Shown here piece after piece: positions 54,847 through 64,000 of a DNA stretch of 64,000 nucleotides; the stretch's first letter is position 1; each line of letters starts with the position of its first letter. Location of the stretch: positions 21,390,001 to 21,454,000 of the forward strand of contig OZ024744.1 in NCBI GenBank assembly GCA_964016885.1. Reading direction: 5' to 3'. Position numbers and translations under genes: made by a program. This stretch comes from Eledone cirrhosa (taxonomy: Eukaryota). The notes under the pieces were generated by a model. The model was given only the letters and a program-made list of their open reading frames with translations, had not been told where the DNA came from and did not search any database.

Positions 54847-55990
54847 TAATAATTTTTAAAAAATATATATTTAATATTTTGCCTTACTGGGGTAATAATT
54901 TATTGATGTTTTATCTATTAGAATAATTTCATTAAGAGTTTTTGTATCTTATGATTTGTTTAGGACAGTTCAATATTTAACTTGACAATTGTTTAGAATT
55001 ATCACTAGATTTCAGAGTAGTTAAATGTTCACATATGGTGAATGACTTATCTTCCTTTTGTTTACATTCTTCGTAAATATTTTTATTGTTTGAATAGCTT
55101 ACTAAATTATATTTGACATGAATTATGTAGTTTAATAATATAAGAATATTTTTAAAAGGAAACTATAATAATATGTAATTACAGAAGTAAATATAAATTA
55201 TAAGAATAACACTTTTGAGAGTAAATATAACAGCAATTTAATCCTGTAATTATATGATAATTAAAGAATAGAAATGCTTTTATAAAAATAATTCGGCTAA
55301 AAAATGATCTTAATATATTATATATATTGATGGTGATATATGCATGTATTTTAATATATATTTTAAATGCATGTTTAAAGATAAGTATTTTGTTACAACT
55401 TTTAAAAAATTCTAAGGAATATATTACTTAAACTAAAATTATAATCTATAATGAGTTAAATTAAATTATATAAATTTTTAATTAAACCAATTATGTGATG
55501 GCTATAAAAAATAATGTATATTGACTAATTTTGATATAATACATAAGTATAATTAGCTTAACCATAATCAAATACAAGAGATATTCAATGGTTTACGGTA
55601 ATTGATTGGTTGCCTCGATTGACCTAATATTTGAAAACAACGGTTTTTTCTAAGTATCCCAACATATATTTTATGTTCCTCCTCTTTTGTCGTTATAACT
55701 CCTTTCTTCTGCTTCCATTCATCCATCCTTTTATTTATTTTTATTCATTTAACTATTTATGTATGTATTTATATATATATATATTTTTATTTATTTTTAT
55801 TTTTTTCTTGCCTTCATCTACTTTACACCCTCTCTTATATCTCTAATGCGCTTCACGTCCTTTTCTTCTTTATGTTTATCATATTATTATTTGTGGTATA
55901 TAAATGTTGAGATTTGATGAAATAAATCACTGCCAATACTGGAATTGAAATATCAAGACCGTAGAGGTATGTCATATATCAAATCATATA

Positions 55991-56052
55991 TTTTATCTGA
56001 CGAGGACGTACTGAAAGAACATCACAATACCTTCGAAATATATATAATAAAA
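55991..56052 (+). ncRNA. Type I hammerhead ribozyme motif (same family as 40066)
   Basis: ttttat-CTGACGA-ggacgtactg..caataccttc-GAAA-tatata-TA-ataaaa; downstream flank also homologous to 40130-40185. Confidence 0.75.
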
Positions 56053-56487
56053 CATATAATTTGATTATGTGAATATCTTCATATGTTAATATTTTGAATA
56101 ATAGTATATATATATATATACGCACACACACACACACATATATACACAGGTTGTCCTTCCTGTTCCTATAACCATGCACATCCCGAGCTGAGGATCCGCT
56201 AAGGTGAAACAACTGTTCTCAGTATGGTGAACTAACTGTTGTGTAACCATTTCTACATAACTCGTCCCTTGGACTGAGTGCTCTACCACTACGGATATTA
56301 CCTTCCAGTGTTCCCCCACTATATATATATATATATATATATACACAAATACATACACATACACACATATATATATAATATATATATATACATACATATA
56401 TACATATATATAGACACACACACACACATACATATATACATATATATAGACACACACACATACACATACACATACTCACACACATAT

Positions 56488-56569
<82 letters not shown>

Positions 56570-56624
56570 TAATGGAAAAGAATAAAACCAAATTTCATTT
56601 CTCACTCTTAGTACGGCTGATACT

Positions 56625-57181
56625 TAAATGTAAGTATGTATGTATACGTACATAGATATATGTATACAGACGTACAGTAGTATGTATATATATATACATA
56701 CATGCACACATATATATATGTACGTATGGGTTTACCGAACATTTATTATAATATTCGGTTTGTTTGTAAACAAACAAACAGCCCGAATTAAGCCGTACAG
56801 TGTTCAGCAACCATCGTCGCCTTTTTGTTCAACACTGACGCAGGAACGATGTACTAGTTTCAAGCTTATTAGCTATCGTCAGCATCGTATACCTTCCTGC
56901 CAGCTGATTGAACGTCTGAAAGTATATACTTTCCATATGCATATTAACGTACAGTGTTCGGCATCCAACGTCGGCTGTGTCAAAAAGGCGACGATGGTTG
57001 CCGAACACTGTACGGCGTAATTCGGGATGTTTGTGTGTTTACGAATAAACCGAACATTATAATAAATGTTCGGTAAACCCATACGTACATATATATATGT
57101 GTGCATGTATGTGTATATATACATACTACTGTACGTCTGTATACATATATCTATGTACGTATACATACATACTTACATTTA
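56625..57181. mobile_element. MITE/foldback-like element with ~215 bp terminal inverted repeats
   Basis: 56625-56840 is the reverse complement of 56969-57181; a single arm recurs at ~1770-1927. Confidence 0.8.
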
Positions 57182-57191
57182 TATATATATA

Positions 57192-57406
57192 TATGATGGA
57201 TGCCCCCTCGTTATCGAGTATGGCCATTGCACGACATACCATTATTAAAAATTATTTATGAATTCTATAGTGCAATGCCTGTGCGTGAAGAGATTGTTTA
57301 AAGTGAAGAAAGACTGTGCACTGAGCCAATCCCACTCTCTGAGCGACAGTAGCTATAACCCGAAAAGAAGAAAAGATCAACATCATCGGTAACTACTGAG
57401 CCACAG
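57192..57406 (-). mobile_element. Second copy of the ~215 bp RTE-related repeat
   Basis: Reverse complement of 49805-50020. Confidence 0.7.
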
Positions 57407-57553
57407 GTTTTATATCGGAGTTATCCCAGTTTCTTGAGTTGCCTTCTCCTAGAAGAATGCCCTGACAAAGGCTATGGGTCCTTCACTCCCACTGGTTTTA
57501 CCGCACGGTACATGTGTATATACATATTTACACACTTTTGGATGGCCGTTGGA

Positions 57554-57635
<82 letters not shown>

Positions 57636-57849
57636 CACACACACACACATATATATAGTGTGTGTGTGTGTGTGTGATAAATGCAATAAAAGTTAGGAGC
57701 AGATAAAAGCATTACAAATAATAAAAAAACAAAAAAAAAACATGGTATTACAGATAAATTAAGCACAGTGAAAAACATATATCATAAGTAGTTATTAAAA
57801 TAAAAAAAAGTTAATAAATATAGTTAACATATAGATTTAAAAATACACT

Positions 57850-59000
57850 TCTAGAACTCTGATCGGAAACTTCCATTCACATTATGCCAACCCCCGACCT
57901 CCAAGTAGCTGATTAACCGAAATTCAGCTGTTTCGGACCACATTCTAATCAATATAATGAGTGCGGACTTAGTAATAGTGATGAAGAACCACCTGCAGTC
58001 TCTGGCTACAACCAGAGAGACAAGATCGGGGTATATAGAGGAGCTAGAACGAAATGGACAAAGATTGTAGAAAATGATGCAAATGGAACTTGTGCCATGT
58101 ATAGGAGCACATTTTTGAACAGAATAGAAAGGATTAGAAATAAGGCAAATAAAATAAACTGATGGTGTGATAACAATGAATACCAGAGTGTAATGTTCGT
58201 CAATACAACCCCTAGAGGCGAACTAGCTTACAGATTTAAAAGGGCCCTAGACAGTCTCGAAATAAATATTAAGATAGTTGGAAGACCAGTCATTCCAATA
58301 AAAACCCTGATTAGCGAATCATACCCGTTTCAAAGATCCCCTAGGTTGATAGGAAATGCATAGTCTGCAAGCTAAGCCCACAAATTAATTGCAAAACTAA
58401 AAACGTAGTATATAGCATAAGATGTACTGGGGGACAGTGTAGGAATAAGAATATAACATACATAGGTGAAACATCCCGTAGCATAGGAGAAAGGATAAGT
58501 GAACACTAGCGATAACTCCGAGATAGGAAAACTCATCAGTACTACAACAACATGCCAAAACAGAACATAGGGGTACATTAGAGAACATGGAGATAACAAT
58601 TATATCCACATACAGAAAAGATGCAATGCTCAGGCAAATCACAGAGGCGTCAAACATAAACGAACTCCAACCAAAATTAAACAGAAAGCATGAGTGGAAT
58701 AACAACATCACAACTAGTAATTACGGACAAAATGAAGACAGACAGACACACATAAACCAAACTAACAAAACAAATCACACACACACAGATAGAACAAACA
58801 ACCATCTAGTGAAAAATAAATAAACACATAAATAAATAAAAACACACATACACACACACACGGATGTAACGCATGCGCAAATTAGGCAAACAACCGACAA
58901 CACAAAAAAACAAGGTGTAGGACAGAACAAAGGAGAGGCACAAAATAAAAAAAACGGTCACTGATGAGGTTACAGAATGTGTGACGAAAGAGCTTTGACA
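57850..59000 (+). mobile_element. Penelope-like element 3' remnant (GIY-YIG, different family) with terminal hammerhead
   Basis: SVMFVNTTPRGELA, CIVC..NCKTKNVVYSIRC..C..YIGETSRSIGERISEH (58351-58506), DAMLRQITEA..PKLNRKHEW. Confidence 0.8.
58957..58999 (+). ncRNA. Minimal type I hammerhead ribozyme motif
   Basis: gtca-CTGATGA-g-gttac/agaatgt/gtgac-GAAA-gagc-TT-tgac. Confidence 0.75.
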
Positions 59001-59037
59001 ATATTTAAGCAACCATTAGGTTATTGAAGCAACCAAC

Positions 59038-59149
59038 AAGTTTTATAATAGATTAGAAGCACTTCACAGTGATGGTTTTCCGGAGTTATTAATATTAATA
59101 ATTCAGGGAAACCATCACTGTGGAGTGCTTCTAATCTATTGTAAAACTT
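59038..59149. repeat. ~55 bp-arm imperfect palindrome
   Basis: aagttttataatagattagaagcacttcacagtgatggttt.. / ..aaaccatcactgtggagtgcttctaatctattgtaaaactt; related to 39910-39960. Confidence 0.88.
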
Positions 59150-59327
59150 TATTAATTGATTTATTCATTGAACCTTGTTTAACCTTTAAATATATCTAGC
59201 TCCTAGCAGGTTGAGCGCTTTCTCTACAATATATTACAAATTTAATAAATGGTGGAATTCTTTATAATATAATATATTTGATCACACGAATGTCTATATT
59301 TATTAATATTTTGAATTAATATATATA

Positions 59328-59427
<100 letters not shown>

Positions 59428-59444
59428 GGGGGGGGGGTTAGAAA

Positions 59445-61916
59445 AGATAGATTGATAGATAGATAGATAGATAACTTTCTTTTTATTTGCCACCAGGGCA
59501 GCAAAAAGTGGGAGAAGTACAATGGCGGGAGTTTACATGAAAATGCGTCCTCAATAAGGAGGAGGCAATAACAAAATATTAAAATAAAATAAAATATAAC
59601 AAAATAAATGTTATAACAAAATCCTCAATAGGGAGGTGGCGCCTTGGGGGGTCGCACACACCCCCGAAAAAAGTGTGCAACCCTTCTCCTCAGGAGCACA
59701 GAGAGAGGGTGCTCCCTTGATCTTTCATCTTCCTCACCAATAGTCTGATGTAGAGTGAAGGCCCATTCACAAGGGCCATTCTCGCCACTTTCACCCATCT
59801 TTCATAAAAAACGGCTGGGGTACAGTACCTCTCTCTCCATCCTCATCCTTCTTCCGAAATGATATCGGAATAAACGGACCAGTTGTTGGCCAGAGAGAAA
59901 GGTGTCTGACCTCAGTCCTTTCAGACGCGTTCACCATACAACCTCTTTCGCCATGGCTATTACGCACAGAAACACCGCCTCTCCTTCGTTTTTGAAGAGG
60001 GGAGGCGGCTTGATCGTTACAATAGACTCGGTGGTCAACCGGATCGGCCCCACCCTTGACAGCAGTTGTTCGACATAGCCCCACAGATCGGCAATGCCCG
60101 AGAAGTGTACCAATGCGTGTGCAACGGTTTCCTCGTGACACGCATCTGGGACAGATCTTTTTCGAGTGGTCCCTACCCGGGCGCCCGTGTCTGTAGAGCC
60201 TTTCTCGAACGGGCAGAGCCCCTCTGTAGCACTGCCAGGCCAGGGACCTCTGGAAGTTATCCATGGGTCCCGGGCTGAATGTCCTAGCGAACAGGTTGGC
60301 CAGCTCGTCTTCCTCCATGCCTAGGGCTTCTCTGAGGGCATCGTCGCACCTGCTAACCACCAGCCCTCTATAGAATGACGAGGTGGATTCTCCACTGACA
60401 GCCGGGTCCGTCTGCCAGAGAGCCGTGAGCGCCTGGGCACACTCGGTGTGCCAGGCGCCCAGTTTTCTCGGTCTTTGCTTGACCCAGGATTGCAGCTCGG
60501 TGAGCGAGACGAGTCCGGGAAAGGCTCGCTTAACAAACGGGGCCCACACCGGTTGACCGGTGAGGAATACCTGGAGGTGCCGTAGCCTTAATGCGTGTTT
60601 ACGTATCATTAGCCACGGCATCCCCAGCCCCCCCCCTTTCGAAGGGTGTTAACAGCAGATGAATCTCCTCACCATAGGAGCTCGCTTCTTCCAAAGGAAT
60701 TGGAAGAGTGCGCGCTCCATTTTGGCGAGCGTTTCTCTTGGGCAAGGCACAACGGTCAGGCGGTAGTAGATGACGGACGCTATATAAGTGTTCGCCACCT
60801 CCGCCCGACCTTTCAGGGACAGTTTACACTCGGCCCACTTCTGGGTCAGTGCAAACACCCTGTTCGTTACCTCACCCCAGTTCTTCTCCACCTGGAGGTC
60901 TGGTCCGAACCAGACCCCGAACAACTTCACCGGGCCCTCCGTCCAGCCCCCGACGACGCCATCGGAGGGCATCGATCTGCCCCTCCACGTGCCGAGTTGC
61001 AGACCGATCGACTTGTCCCGGTGCAGCTTAGCCCCTGTAAACCTTTCGTACACCTCCAGTAAGGTACCGATCGCCCCGATTTCTGAGGCCGTCGACACCA
61101 TTACTGTTACGTCATCGGCGTAGGCCGACACCGCTTTCCGCAAGCCCGTCAACCGCTCCTTAACTGAAGTGCTAATCCGGTCCCTTACTTGGCGGTAAGG
61201 ACAAGTTGAGCTTCCAGTAACCGGGTCTCTGTCTATGCGTTCTGTCAAGGTTGACCATGCAGCTCACTAACTTGTGGTCTGAATAGCCAACCATGCGCAT
61301 TTTTGGACAACTTAAAAAGTCCTTATCCTTATTTCTAACTAAGAACCTATCTAGGTACGACCTAGATGATCCGCTCAGGTTTGCCCAAGTCCATGTTGGC
61401 GCAGTCGGAAAATCTAGTCGATATCTATCGACCAGGTCAAATCGACCGATTAACCCTTTGAGGCTATTACACCCCTCTCTATCGGGACAGGCCCCTACGT
61501 AGTCCCAGCGTCAATCTAGGATACCATTCCAGTGCCCCACTAATAGCAAGGAGCGGGACGTCCCTAGAAAAGTCTCCATACGATGGAAGAAGTCCGGCCG
61601 CATTGACCCGAAAGGGCCGTAGACGGCTACCAACCTAAACGCTCCGCCTTCACCACTGCCAAGGTCCAGAACCACTAGTCGACCCTCCGGGTCCAAATGT
61701 ACCGTCTGTGTTGCGAGACCCAGATGTTTTTGCAGCAGAATGACAACCCCACCCCCACTCCGGGCTGACAGAGAGACGCGTGCATCTCAAAGTCATCAAA
61801 GGTGGGGACCAGCTGTCGCACGTTGCTGATCCGGGCCTCGCAAATAACCATCACATCGTTGTGACCTGAGGTCATTTAGAAGCATTGCTTGCTTCCAAGT
61901 TGAGCCCAGGCAACGC
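59445..61916 (-). mobile_element. Tx1/L1-clade element, copy F: 5'-truncated at the APE start, ~1.2 kb RT deletion, (TCTA)n tail
   Basis: FRLVAVYGP, VGHWNG, ERLTG fused to LRKAVSAYADD, KICPRC; tail (GATA)n at 59445-59473 on +. Confidence 0.9.
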
Positions 61917-64000
61917 AGATAGATAGATAGATAGATAGATTAATAGATATATAGATATGTTTCTTTATTTGCCAGAAGGGAGCACAGGAAATGGGACATT
62001 ACAAGACGTGACGGCGGGGGTTTTACATAAAAATAACTTTAACATTAATAAATAACAATAAACTATATATAATAAAATAAGAATTGAAATCCCCAATAGG
62101 AGGGAATGTTACTGCAAGGTTGTTTTACACCCCGTGTATAGAACAACCCTTATCACCAGGAACACATTTTGTAGGTCTTCCCGTCTTCCCTCTGTTTATC
62201 TTCCTCAACCTACAGAGAAGACCCAGTCACTCGGGCCATTTTCACCATATTCACCCACCTTTCAGCGAATTTACTGGGGTGTAGCACCTCTCTCTCCACG
62301 CTTGGAAGTGGTACTTAAAGAAGGGGATCAGTTGTTGTCCAGAGAGAAGGGTGTTTGCCCTCAATCCTTTTAACCTTGTCCACTATATTACCTCTTTCAC
62401 CATAGCCACCAACAGAGGTAAACCGCCTCTCCTTCATTCTTAAATGAAGGCGGCGGGGTGATCCTCACGATGGACTCGGCTGACAACTGGATACGTCTCA
62501 CACGTGACAGTAGCTGTTGGACATAATTCTACAGGTCGGTCACCCTTGGGCACTGAACAATTGCATGCAGAACGGTTTCGATGTCCTGCTCGCATCTTGG
62601 ACAGATCCTTTTGGCAGGATCTCTGCCAGGGCGTCCGTGCCTGTAGATTTTGTCTTGAACTAGTAGAGCTCCTCGGTAGCACTGCCAGGCCAGAGACCTC
62701 TGGAAGTTATCCATAGACCCTGGACGGAAAGTCCTCCCGAACCAACTGCCTAGAGTTTCCCCGAGAACGTCGTCGCATTTATCCTCCACTAATCCCCTGT
62801 AGAATGTCGAACTGGAGTCTCTGCTGATTGCCGTTTCCGCTTGGTAGAGGGCTGTGAGCGTCTGAAGGCACTCGAGGTGCCAGGCACGAATTTTCGGTCT
62901 TCGCTTGACCCAGGACTGCAGCTCTGTTAGTGAGACGAGTTGTGGAAGAGCTTTCTCACTAACGACAGCCACACCGGTCCACCGGTCAGGAACACCTGGA
63001 GATGGCGTAGCCTCAGCGCGTGTTTGCGCATCATCAGCCACCGCAAGCCCAGCCCTCCATTAGAAGGGTGTTGACAGCAGGTGGATCTCCTCACCAATGG
63101 AGCCTGTTTCTTCCAGAGGAACTTGAAGAGTAGGCGTTCCATTTTGGTGAGGTATTCGCGGGGACAAGGCACGACTGTCAAGCGCTAGTAGATGACGGAC
63201 GCTATGTAAGTGTTCGCCACCTCCGCTCGACCTTTTAAGGAGAGTTTACACTCACCCCGCTTCTGGATAAGTGCAAACATCTTCGCCATGACCTCGTTCC
63301 AGTTCTTGTCCACCTGGAGGTCTGGACCAAACCAGATCCCGAGCAATTTCACCGGTCCTTCCGTCCAGCGTCCAACGTCACTGTCGGAATGCATGGGTTT
63401 GCCTCTCCATGTGCCGAGTTGCAAACCGACAGACTTGTTTGGGTTTAGTCTTGCTCCTCTCAACGTTTCGTATTACTGTAATAGGTTGCTGATTACCCCA
63501 ATTTCCGAGGTTTTCGACACCATTACACTTATGTCGTCGGCATAGGCCGACGCCGCTTTCCGCAGTCCTGGTTCGATCGGGATGCCCTGCAACAGCTCCA
63601 GCTTCCGCAGTAACGGCTCGAGAGTCAGTACATACAGAATGGAGGAGGGAGGGCACCCCTAACGGATGGAACGCATGACTTGGAATGGCTCCGATAGGTA
63701 GCCATTCACTTTGACTGCCGAGCAGATGTTGCTGTGCATGGCAGCGACCCAGCTTCTGAAGACGGGACCGAAACCGGCCGCCTGCCTTGAGAACCGCTTC
63801 CAAGTATTGATGGTCGACCCTATCAAAGGTTGTCGTGTATGGACCTGGTCGGGATTGCACACGTTTGTGCTTCCCCTACCAGGTTCTCAACAGCAAGCTC
63901 CAGCCTCGCTGCTAGCACCTAGGCCAAACTCTTTAACTCTGTGTTGAGCAGAGTTATGGACCTGAAATTGCTTATCTCAACCCCCCTTGTTCTCTCTTTC
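61917..64000 (-). mobile_element. Tx1/L1-clade element, copy G (runs off window), (TCTA)n tail
   Basis: FDRVDH, GLQLGTWRGK, LKGRAEVAN, RICPRC..HAIVQC; AATAAA then degenerate (TCTA)n 61917-61957 abutting F's 5' end. Confidence 0.9.

Noticed and set aside
55905-55960. Further hammerhead or SECIS (ttgatga...gaaatatc); also 2480-2520 on the minus strand
   Set aside because: Core mutated and no convincing stem I or SECIS helix.
56148-56320. tRNA-like A box on the minus strand (gtagtggtagagcactc)
   Set aside because: No B box and no second copy in the window; too weak to call.

Overview
AT-rich eukaryotic intergenic DNA with dense (TA)n, (GA)n, (CA)n, (TAA)n and (CTA)n microsatellites. The SINE family and repeat landscape look octopus-like (inference). 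No host protein-coding gene is recognisable; all long ORFs are decayed retroelement ORFs or microsatellite artefacts. The window is dominated by Tx1/L1-type non-LTR retrotransposons (ORF1 with CCHC knuckle; ORF2 with APE endonuclease, RT and C-terminal zinc motif). Five copies (A,B,C on +; D,E on -) form a ~27 kb cluster at 3.7-30.7 kb, each bounded by (ATT)n and stacked head-to-tail. Two further copies (F,G, 59.4-64 kb) are stacked the same way on (TCTA)n. Two R4/Dong-type RLE fragments sit at the same (TAA)n junctions in opposite polarity, and a tRNA-derived SINE shares its 3' end and (ATT)n tail with the Tx1 elements. Together this suggests a microsatellite-targeted, self-seeding retroelement guild. 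Also present: Penelope-like (two Naiad-type) GIY-YIG remnants, six hammerhead ribozyme motifs, many short fold-back palindromes often anchored on a hammerhead GAAA, RTE and CR1 fragments, a MITE-like foldback and a 3.75 kb (CTA/CTG)n array. Family assignments come from motif recognition, not database searches; boundaries are approximate to a few bases.
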